Under the pieces are notes generated by a model. It did not search any database and had not been told where the DNA came from. It was given only the letters and a program-made list of their open reading frames with translations. From assembly GCA_004347965.1 (NCBI GenBank), contig QNVF01000007.1, forward strand, positions 1 to 39,513: 39,513 nt of DNA, written 5' to 3'. A program made the translations under genes and the position numbers. Source of the stretch: Candidatus Nezhaarchaeota archaeon WYZ-LMO8. Its GTDB lineage: Archaea; Thermoproteota; Methanomethylicia; Nezhaarchaeales; WYZ-LMO8. Below are positions 18,351-26,163 of this stretch, piece by piece; position 1 is the stretch's first letter, and the number at the start of each line of letters is the position of its first letter.

Positions 18351-19309
18351 AGGGTGAAGTGAAGCTTGAGGACCTAGAGGGTATAGGACCCAAAACCGCA
18401 GAAAAACTTCGAAGCATTGGTATATGCTCAGCTAAGCACTTATCGCTTTTCAACGTTGATGAGCTCCTCAACTTAGTTGACGTCGATGAGAGGACTTTAA
18501 GGAGAGCTCTAGCTCACGCTAGAAGCATTTTCATGCCGTTAAGGGCTATTAAGGCCTTAGATAACTTGGCTCAAAAGTCTCTACCGCAATTAACAACTGG
18601 TGTCAAGAGCATAGATCTCCTCCTCAATGGTGGTCTAAGGCCTAGAGCAATCTACGAACTGTGTGGGCAACCAGGAGCTGGGAAGACTCAGCTTTGTCTA
18701 CAGCTATCAGTTACAATTCAGCTCTCAGCCAATAAGGGAGGTATTGGAGGTAAATGCTACTTCATGGATACTGAGGGAACCTTCAGCCTCAGCAGGGTCA
18801 AGGTCATAGCCGAGAGGTTTGGGCTCGACTCCGAGTACGCGTTAAGCAACATCTACGTCATAGACGTCATAAACACGGATCATCTACTTCAAGTGATAAC
18901 CTCAGACCTCGTTAGGGCTGTGGAGGATGGAGTGAAGTTAGTGATCGTGGACTCTTTGATGTCGAGGTTTAGAACTGAGTATGCTGGAAGAGAGTCTTTA
19001 GCTTTAAGGCAGAGTAGACTTGGTTATGCGCTTGACTGGCTTGTAAGGATAGCTAGGCTCTATGAGGTCATAGTGATCGTAACAACTCCAGTAATGGAAG
19101 TGCCAGTAGCATTTGTAAGCATAAATGAAAGACTAAGACCTGTTGGAGGCACGACATTAGCTCACGCTACGACTCACAGATTCTTCCTGACCACTAGAAG
19201 TGAAAGGGGCGTGCTTAGAGGTACCATGACCGTCCTAGATAGTCCATCTCTACCTCATGGAGCTATAGCAAGCTACTTGATAACCGACAAAGGGATTGAA
19301 GATGCGTAA
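18347..19309 (+). CDS. Divergent full-length RadA/Rad51 paralog
   Basis: N-terminal HhH (LEDLEGIGPKTAEKL), TTGVKSIDLLLNGG, Walker A GQPGAGKT, MDTEGTF, Walker B LVIVDS, FRTEY.GR..L..RQ, GG..LAH, DSPSLP, ITDKGIED. GGAGGTG ribosome-binding site. Confidence 0.9.
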   Translation: MKGEVKLEDLEGIGPKTAEKLRSIGICSAKHLSLFNVDELLNLVDVDERTLRRALAHARSIFMPLRAIKALDNLAQKSLPQLTTGVKSIDLLLNGGLRPRAIYELCGQPGAGKTQLCLQLSVTIQLSANKGGIGGKCYFMDTEGTFSLSRVKVIAERFGLDSEYALSNIYVIDVINTDHLLQVITSDLVRAVEDGVKLVIVDSLMSRFRTEYAGRESLALRQSRLGYALDWLVRIARLYEVIVIVTTPVMEVPVAFVSINERLRPVGGTTLAHATTHRFFLTTRSERGVLRGTMTVLDSPSLPHGAIASYLITDKGIEDA

Positions 19310-19631
19310 TAGAGAGCCTCGTATGAACGCTAAGATCTTAGACGATCGCATAATAGAGAAGCTCTTAGCGCTAATGGAGAACAAAGGATCTTCCTGGATC
19401 AAGAGGAGCATGAAGAGGGTGCATGATGTTTATGAATGCGACAGGAATACATGGATCGTTAGAGGGAGAAAAAGTCTCGGAGATGAAGAGACAATATACG
19501 TGGTTGAGTATGATGAAGAAAAAGGAAGCTTCAAGTGTACTTGTCACCAACCCTACAAACCCTACGCTAGGAGTAGGAGACGAGCATGCACTCACGTGGG
19601 TGCATGTCTCTTTCATCACATATTTTTCTAA
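19296..19631 (+). CDS. Stand-alone SWIM zinc-finger protein
   Basis: WIVRG...YVVEY...FKCTC...ACTHVGA matches CxC-x(14)-CxH preceded by beta strands. Overlaps the stop of the radA-like gene; start is 19296 or 19302. Confidence 0.85.
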   Translation: MKMRNREPRMNAKILDDRIIEKLLALMENKGSSWIKRSMKRVHDVYECDRNTWIVRGRKSLGDEETIYVVEYDEEKGSFKCTCHQPYKPYARSRRRACTHVGACLFHHIFF

Positions 19632-19655
19632 CTTCTTAGCATCGAGGTAAGAAAA

Positions 19656-20048
19656 GTGGGAAGATCTTATCTAGTAGTTGGCGACGGCAACAAACCCTTA
19701 CTGAAGTCGCTGGAGATCGCAAAGGGTAAGAGGATTGTGGTCTCTGACAAGCCATTAGAGGTTGATGGTTTCATCGAAATTTTAGATATATTTAAACAGT
19801 TCAATCAAATAGCTTCATTACCTCTAGAGCTTTCAGAGAACGATAGTCTTGTACTAGACCTGTATGCTCACGTCTCTAGACTATCTGCTTTAAGTAGGTA
19901 CGCTAGCGTGAAGTTGTACTTGAGGTTGTGCAGGATGTTGATTGCGTCAGCTAAAGCTAAGTGCTTTAATATCTACATTAATTGTAATAGGAGCTCGAAA
20001 CTTTATGTGAAGCTAAGGGCTACTGTTGACGAGGAGGTGCCTTGCTAA
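19656..20048 (+). CDS. Small hypothetical protein, probable minimal degenerate RecA/KaiC-fold
   Basis: SYLVVGDG (P-loop strand without GKT), IVVSD, SLVLD (Walker B-like), a long helix, NIYIN and LRATVDEEV follow RecA-core order. GAGGT ribosome-binding site. Confidence 0.55.
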   Translation: MGRSYLVVGDGNKPLLKSLEIAKGKRIVVSDKPLEVDGFIEILDIFKQFNQIASLPLELSENDSLVLDLYAHVSRLSALSRYASVKLYLRLCRMLIASAKAKCFNIYINCNRSSKLYVKLRATVDEEVPC

Positions 20049-20806
20049 TGGAGGTGAAGATCATACCGATAAGAGGCATACCAGTACCAGTCAAACCTGG
20101 AGATGACATAGCGAAACTCATATGCGAAGCAGCAGAAAGGCAGGGGACACCGCTGCTTGACGGCGACATCCTCGTCGTCTCCCAGAAGATAGTTTCGAAA
20201 GCTTGTGGTCACATATTCAGGCTAAGTGAGGTGAAGCCATCAGAAGAGGCAGTTAAGATATCAAGGATCTTGGAGAAGTCTCCAGAGCTTGTAGAAATAA
20301 TACTTAGAGAAACCAATAGAATAGTCAGGCTTAAGAACAAGCACATAATATGCGAAACCAAACATGGCTTTGTTTGCGCCAATGCTGGAGTGGATGTCTC
20401 CAACGTTGATGGAGGTTTAAGTGCGGTGACCTTACCCCTAGACCCTGACAAGGAGGCATCTAAGATAAGAGAGACAGTAAAGAAAATGAAGGGAGTGGAC
20501 ATTGCGGTCATAATTAGTGACACTCATGGCAGAGCTTTCAGGAGAGGTCAAGTGAATGTGGCGATAGGCGTAGCTGGGATGAAACCTTTGAGGGACAGGA
20601 GGGGGGAGAGAGACCTCTTCGGCTACATCCTCAAGTTCAAATTCATAGCCATAGTCGATGAGATAGCATCTGCAGCTGAGCTAGTAATGGGTCAAGCCGA
20701 TGAAGGTGTTCCAGCAGCAATCATAAGAGGACTAAGGTATGAAAGAGACGAGTCTGCATCAATTAAGGATCTTGTAATGTCTCCAGAGGAGGACTTGTTC
20801 CGTTAA
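20042..20806 (+). CDS. cofE: Coenzyme F420-0:L-glutamate ligase
   Basis: DGDILVVSQKIVSKA, CANAGVDVSN, LPLDPD, ISDTHGRAFRRG, DEIASAAELVMGQADEG.P. Likely start is ATG 20048 (TAATG overlap, after GAGGAGGTG). Confidence 0.95.
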   Translation: MLMEVKIIPIRGIPVPVKPGDDIAKLICEAAERQGTPLLDGDILVVSQKIVSKACGHIFRLSEVKPSEEAVKISRILEKSPELVEIILRETNRIVRLKNKHIICETKHGFVCANAGVDVSNVDGGLSAVTLPLDPDKEASKIRETVKKMKGVDIAVIISDTHGRAFRRGQVNVAIGVAGMKPLRDRRGERDLFGYILKFKFIAIVDEIASAAELVMGQADEGVPAAIIRGLRYERDESASIKDLVMSPEEDLFR

Positions 20807-20891
20807 TTTAAGCCTAAGCGAAGAGTTTAAAACTGACCAGCTACAGAAGTAGCAGACTACCACGAGGTCAGCGATTCGGAGGTAGCAAGAA

Positions 20892-21182
20892 ATGAGCAAA
20901 CCAAGACCTGGAGAGAATGTTGTCCTTGTTGGGAACAAACCAACTATGAATTATGTGCTTGCAACAGTAATACAATTCAACCAAGGAGCTGACAAGGTCG
21001 TCATAAAGGCTAGAGGAAGGGCTATATCGAAGGCTGTCGATGCAGCTGAGATAGTTAAGACGAGGTTCCTCATGAACCAGGTAGAGATAACTGATGTAAA
21101 GATAGGGACAGAGAAAGTCGGTGAAGGCGAGCAGTCCAGAAACGTCTCCACAATAGAGATAACGTTGGAGAGAAAGAAGTAG
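20892..21182 (+). CDS. albA: DNA/RNA-binding protein Alba
   Basis: [39 protein letters not shown] ribosome-binding site and TTTAAAA at 20826-20832. Confidence 0.97.
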   Translation: MSKPRPGENVVLVGNKPTMNYVLATVIQFNQGADKVVIKARGRAISKAVDAAEIVKTRFLMNQVEITDVKIGTEKVGEGEQSRNVSTIEITLERKK

Positions 21183-21202
21183 ATCAAAGCAAAAGTTCTA
21201 GA

Positions 21203-21230
21203 CTTCAACTTTTTTATCCCCCTTTATTTC
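21203..21230 (+). terminator. Oligo-T terminator-like tract after alba
   Basis: CTTCAACTTTTTTATCCCCCTTTATTTC. Confidence 0.45.
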
Positions 21231-21344
21231 AATACAATTACCTACTTTAGACCAAATTACCTGGTGTAAATGGAAATTGCTCACCATGACGAAAAGACAT
21301 CGGAGGTAGGAACATCATAAAATTTCTGTGGAAGGAGATGATCT

Positions 21345-22592
21345 CTAGAGCTCCTTAACTTCAAATCCTCTCTCTGCTAAAGCTCTTTTAACTTCTGTTG
21401 AACCAACTTGAACTGCTAGAACTGCATGCCCACTAGGCCACTCAGATAGGACATCTAATGCCTTGGACTTGAGCTTAATGGTTACCTGAGTTCTGCACAA
21501 GTTCTTAAGTTCAAGCTGACTTCTATCGACATAGCATTCGACTACGTAGGCATTTTTGAGTTGATGATCACACCCAATCATGACCGCTCTTCCTCGTCTT
21601 ATTGGTACGTCGACAGCAACGCTCTTACCAGTCTCAAAGTGGCTCTTTAACTTCAAATCACCTTCGTTAGAAGCTAGTGTAATTGGTGCAGTACAGTGAG
21701 CTAATATCAATGTGTCTTCTGATTCTACTGCGGCTATGTTGCCCATGAATGGTTGTGTGAGCTCCCTTATTGTCATCATGCATGCTGCTGCCTGAACATC
21801 GGCTTCGCATACTCCTAAAATTTCATTTGCAGAAAGTAGGGATATGGCTAAGCAAGGAGTGACGTTAATTCTCTTTATGACCTCGAAACAATCAATGGTA
21901 AACACGTCACATTTAAATCTTTTAAGGACATCATTTACAGCTTCCTTCAAAGCCAGGCTTAGTTGAAGCTCCCGCATTGGCACATCAACCTTGCCTCTAA
22001 ACCATGAGAAGAACTTGTGGATAAGCTCGGTATCCTGCTTATGCTTTTCAAGATATCTTTCAAGCTCCTCCTGCGTTAAGTGTTTGACTTTGACCTTGAA
22101 CCTTCGCGCTATGATTGCTGGACAAGTAACATCAAAGGTTCTCGGAGAAACCTCGCCCAAGATAGTCATGCTTTTCTTAAAGTCAGGGCCTTCACTCTTA
22201 ATCTTGATCTTGCCGTTAATTAAATCAATTGTTGCTAGTTCAACATCAAGTCCTAGACGTCTGATACGAGAACGAGCTTCTAAACTCGATGGAAGTGAAT
22301 TACTCTCATCGTGGGCAATGAGTGTAATGGTGGAGTTACACCACTTCGCTACTTCAACTGCTGATTTAGATGTACCACCAGTAAGATGTAATACGGCTAA
22401 CGGTCCATCAAGGTCCAGGATCCTATGTTTAATAGCCCATACCTCCTCGATTGATGATACTGGCTCAGCTACCATGTTTATTTCAAGTCCCGAATCCTCC
22501 ATGGCCTTTAAGATCCTCTTTAGGATTATTGTTTGCTGCATTTGTGGGTGAACCCGAGAGACGAGAGCAATAACGAATACCTTTCTGCTCAT
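21345..22592 (-). CDS. L-fucose/L-arabinose isomerase-like protein
   Basis: LTGGT, NSLPSSLE, FTIDCF, TPCLAISLL, CEADV, LAHCTAP, SHFETG, NLCRTQV. Confidence 0.75.
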   Translation of the reverse strand: MSRKVFVIALVSRVHPQMQQTIILKRILKAMEDSGLEINMVAEPVSSIEEVWAIKHRILDLDGPLAVLHLTGGTSKSAVEVAKWCNSTITLIAHDESNSLPSSLEARSRIRRLGLDVELATIDLINGKIKIKSEGPDFKKSMTILGEVSPRTFDVTCPAIIARRFKVKVKHLTQEELERYLEKHKQDTELIHKFFSWFRGKVDVPMRELQLSLALKEAVNDVLKRFKCDVFTIDCFEVIKRINVTPCLAISLLSANEILGVCEADVQAAACMMTIRELTQPFMGNIAAVESEDTLILAHCTAPITLASNEGDLKLKSHFETGKSVAVDVPIRRGRAVMIGCDHQLKNAYVVECYVDRSQLELKNLCRTQVTIKLKSKALDVLSEWPSGHAVLAVQVGSTEVKRALAERGFEVKEL

Positions 22593-22869
22593 TAACTAGC
22601 CTCCTAGCCACACCTCTAAGCCTTCCAAATATGAATTTAAGCTATTCAAGACGTGCCTCCATAGAACAAGAAGGCTTAAGGGAAAAAGGTAATTTCTGCA
22701 TCTCAATCCTTGAAAAGCTCATTACATAATAGGAAGCGTTGAAAAATGTTGTAGACTTCATTTTAGAGATCATTAGAATAGCTAGCATCTAAAATGAGCT
22801 TGAATTTGAGCTATGAAAACAACAATGCAATCAACGAATACTTTTGTAGTTACAACTCTGTTTAATATT

Positions 22870-23172
22870 TTAACCCTGTGGAGCCCCTTCAGATCCCTTA
22901 AGTATCTTGCTTATTTTCGAGTAGCCCATTAACACTAGTAGCACTGTTAAGTCATTGACGTTTATCTTGCCTTTAACCCCCATCTTCTTCAATCTCTTAG
23001 TGAATTCTTTAAGCATTGCGAATATCTCGTCGGGCATAGATATTTGATGAGTTTTCCCCGTTAGGGCTATGGTCTTAAGGGCATAGGTCCTCGCATAAAC
23101 TTCCTTAAGATCTTCCAATGTTGAAATCTCCTTTGTTTCTAATTCGTTTATTAACTGCTCGATCTTGGGCAT
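22870..23172 (-). CDS. Hypothetical protein with a ribbon-helix-helix-like segment
   Basis: THQISMPDEIFAMLKEF...NVNDLTVLLVLMG; GAGGTGA ribosome-binding site. Confidence 0.6.
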   Translation of the reverse strand: MPKIEQLINELETKEISTLEDLKEVYARTYALKTIALTGKTHQISMPDEIFAMLKEFTKRLKKMGVKGKINVNDLTVLLVLMGYSKISKILKGSEGAPQG

Positions 23173-23352
23173 ACCAAATCACCTCGAAGTGAACGCTTAG
23201 CTACTAGAATGAGTCTACTTATAAGATTTTCACTTTGTGGAAGTAATATTAGTTGCTAAAATTATTTGTTATAATGCACGATAAAAATGAAAGGTTTAAG
23301 GTACTAATATGGAGAGCTCAATCACCGTGTTGTGCTAACTGTTTGTTGAGCC

Positions 23353-23901
23353 TTACCTCAAATCAATAAGTTCTTCTAACCCCTCTTTTGAACCAAACTT
23401 GTTTACGTAAACAAGCTCTCTCAAATCTATTCTACTTGAGTAAGACTTTTCATCCGGATACCCTAAAGCTATTATTGATAACAATATCCAGTCACTCGGT
23501 ACTCCAAGTAACCTCTTAACTTCCTCCTCGTAAGATGAACCATAACTACCTATCCAACAAGCACCGAGACCAAGTGCATGTGCAGCTAAGAGAATGTTCA
23601 TGGTTGAAGCGGCACCATCCTCTACTGGGTGTCTAGTTAACTTTGTATTCACAGTTATTGCTATCCCTAAAGGAGCTTCAGCCAAGAACTTACCTGCAGT
23701 TGTAGCATCTGCTATTCTTCTCTTTAAATCCTCGTCGACTATCAATATGAATTTCCAAGGTTGGCTATTTCTAGATGAAGGCGCCCATCGTCCAGCATCT
23801 AGAACTTCCTTTAATATATTAGGGGCTACTTTTCCCTTCTTAAACCTCCTTATGCTTCTCCTAGTCTTGATGGCTTCAAGTGCATCCACACTCAACACCA
23901 A
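23353..23901 (-). CDS. Nitroreductase family protein
   Basis: RRSIRRF, APSSRNSQPW, NILLAAHALGLGACW, IALGYP. Confidence 0.95.
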   Translation of the reverse strand: MVLSVDALEAIKTRRSIRRFKKGKVAPNILKEVLDAGRWAPSSRNSQPWKFILIVDEDLKRRIADATTAGKFLAEAPLGIAITVNTKLTRHPVEDGAASTMNILLAAHALGLGACWIGSYGSSYEEEVKRLLGVPSDWILLSIIALGYPDEKSYSSRIDLRELVYVNKFGSKEGLEELIDLR

Positions 23902-24063
23902 CTTTCCTCAACTTATGGCACTCTTAAAGAGATAAGACTTTTGGCTGGTATAGGTTAATCTTGTAATGTGAAGGCTGGAACAGCTGACCCTAAGTGACCT
24001 CTCAATTAACTTTGTAGGTTGTACTTGAGGAGAATTGGTCTTATTGAAGAAACGTTTTATAGT

Positions 24064-24864
24064 TCAGCTAAGGAGTTGAGAGGTCCTCCACGTCTTTAAT
24101 TGCTCTCCACGCCTTAATGCTTGAACCTCAATTAAATGAGCTATCCCTGAGCTCTTTATCTTAGCACCCAAGACTTGTTCTACTTGAAAAATCCCAGCCT
24201 CATTATCCATGTCCACGATTATCTTAACTGGCCTATCCTCACCTCTATCTATCTCAACTCTCTTAATTGCTAAGGCAGAGAACCCGTGAATATCGCTCTT
24301 ACCAAGCTTGTATGGTATTCTAGCTCTACCTTCAGCCATATCGGTTCCATCAGCAACTTTGACTACTCCAGCCTCAATCGTTAGAGGAACCACGTTCTCG
24401 TCGTGAGAGAATATCGCATGGAGAATCTCCTGCTTTACGATAATTGCCTTGTGTTTATCGTCAGTATAGAGCTTTAGTAAGAGCTTCCTTAAGATCCTAT
24501 CGGACACGTAGACTCCATGTAGATGATGTTCATCTCTATGAACAGCGTTTCCTATGTCATGTAGGTATGCACCGCCAACTGTGACGATCTTGGAGTCCTC
24601 TACATCACCTTCTCCATCCTTAACTATGGTAGGCTTAATTCCCCTCTCCATCAAGATGTCCAGTATCTCCAACGCAGAGCCACTTACTATCCTGGAGTGA
24701 ACAACGCCGTGGTCATTGTAGAATAGTCTCGTAACGGCCATGGTGTTGGCCATTCTAAGTAGTGATTGTACTTCATAATTGTCCTCCAACATCTCAAAGA
24801 ACTTAGCTATCTTAGGGCCTTCTCTGACCTTAGAGTATACTAACTTAGAGCTTATAATCACCAA
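24064..24864 (-). CDS. HD-domain metal-dependent phosphohydrolase (COG3294-like)
   Basis: YNDHGVVH, YLHDIGN, VADGTDMAEGRAR, DIHGFSA, AGIFQVE. Confidence 0.9.
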   Translation of the reverse strand: MVIISSKLVYSKVREGPKIAKFFEMLEDNYEVQSLLRMANTMAVTRLFYNDHGVVHSRIVSGSALEILDILMERGIKPTIVKDGEGDVEDSKIVTVGGAYLHDIGNAVHRDEHHLHGVYVSDRILRKLLLKLYTDDKHKAIIVKQEILHAIFSHDENVVPLTIEAGVVKVADGTDMAEGRARIPYKLGKSDIHGFSALAIKRVEIDRGEDRPVKIIVDMDNEAGIFQVEQVLGAKIKSSGIAHLIEVQALRRGEQLKTWRTSQLLS

Positions 24865-25035
24865 ACATCACGCACCCAATAAGTTCTACGGCATGGAATT
24901 AGAAAAGTGTTGCCCAATACCTATCACCTAACATGGTTCGACGAACGCTGGCTGAGCAGTAGGTATAAAAAGATATAATTATAAATATGAAGAAGCACAA
25001 TCAATAAACCTAAGCTTGAACTTCTCGGTGAGCCT

Positions 25036-26070
25036 ATGAAGAGGCTAAACCTGCTTTTTATTGGTTTCGGGATTGTTGGAAGGGGACTTGCCGAGCTTCT
25101 CCTAGAGAAGGAGGGCATGCTTAAATCAAGGTTCGATCTTGAGGTTAAGACAGTAGGTATATGCGACTTAAGGTGGGGTACCATAGTTAACGACGATGGG
25201 ATAAACCTTTCAAAGGCTTTAAAACTTGTGAACTCAGGTAAGGCCTTAACTAATTACGATTCACCAGCTAAGCGCGACCTCACCAGCCTTGAAGCTATAA
25301 GGGAGACGACGTCAAACGTGGTGGTCGAGGCCACGTGGACAAACATCGAGACCGGGGAGCCAGGCTTAACACACATAAGAGAGGCATTGAAGTTGGGGAA
25401 GCATGTTGCCACCACGAATAAGGGCCCAATAGCTTTGGCCTACAAGGAGCTCATAAGCTTAGCTAAAGTGAAGGGGGCTCAGTTAAGGTTCGAGGGAACA
25501 GTCATGAGTGGTACGCCAACCTTCAACTTGAAGTGGTCTTGCTTAGCAGCTGCTGAAGTAAGAAGAATCGTCGGGATATTGAATGGAACCACCAACTTCA
25601 TACTAACAGAGATGGAGAAGGGATTGAGCTACGAAGAGGCGCTACACAATGCTCAAGAACTTGGTTATGCCGAAGCCGACCCAACACTAGACGTTGATGG
25701 ATGGGATGCAGCAATAAAAGCCGTGATACTTGCTAACGTGTTAATGGATGGAAATTTGAGTTTGAAAGACGTGAAGAGGAGAGGGATAAGGGGTATAAGT
25801 CTCGAAGAAGTACTAAGCCCGATCAAGCAGGGCTGTAGACTAAAGCTACTCGTTGAGGTGAGAAGGGAAAGAAGTGATATCGTAGCTAAGGTGGACCTAA
25901 CACCTGTACCAACAACGAGTATCCTGGCAGGAGTATCAGGGCCCCTCAATGCCATGGTGATGGAGACCGACGTTTTAGGCGACGTTACAATAATAGGTCC
26001 CGGAGCTGGGAGGAGACCTACAGGCTACGCCTTATTAAATGACATCCTTGAAATCTCAAAGCATCTATGA
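25036..26070 (+). CDS. hom: Homoserine dehydrogenase
   Basis: GFGIVG, TTNKGP, FEGTVMSGTP, GILNGTTNFIL, GYAEADP..DVDGWD, GPGAG. Confidence 0.95.
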   Translation: MKRLNLLFIGFGIVGRGLAELLLEKEGMLKSRFDLEVKTVGICDLRWGTIVNDDGINLSKALKLVNSGKALTNYDSPAKRDLTSLEAIRETTSNVVVEATWTNIETGEPGLTHIREALKLGKHVATTNKGPIALAYKELISLAKVKGAQLRFEGTVMSGTPTFNLKWSCLAAAEVRRIVGILNGTTNFILTEMEKGLSYEEALHNAQELGYAEADPTLDVDGWDAAIKAVILANVLMDGNLSLKDVKRRGIRGISLEEVLSPIKQGCRLKLLVEVRRERSDIVAKVDLTPVPTTSILAGVSGPLNAMVMETDVLGDVTIIGPGAGRRPTGYALLNDILEISKHL

Positions 26071-26163
26071 TCTCTAAGAGAATTCATCTTATTAATAAGC
26101 CTACCTTGATCCCTATGGAGGCTGCAAAGCTTTCTATTAGAGTTATGTAGTAAAGTTTTTAGT

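Noticed and set aside
18347..19309. Calling this gene canonical radA
   Set aside because: FxxA, GEFGSGKT and TNQV are all altered, so the gene symbol is withheld.
20833..20871. Nested stems CTGACC/GGTCAG and GCTAC/GTAGC upstream of alba as a riboregulator
   Set aside because: The 5' arm directly abuts the likely TATA box, so it would lie upstream of the alba transcription start; the stems are short.
21991..22551. 186-aa plus-strand ORF and the other antisense or nested ORFs in the track
   Set aside because: They lie within well-supported genes, mostly on the opposite strand, and show no family motifs.
23930..23990. C/D-like 3' half (TGTGA, 12 nt, CTGA), and a 13-mer shared with about 30526
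   Set aside because: No credible C box, and 13-nt matches are expected by chance in 40 kb.
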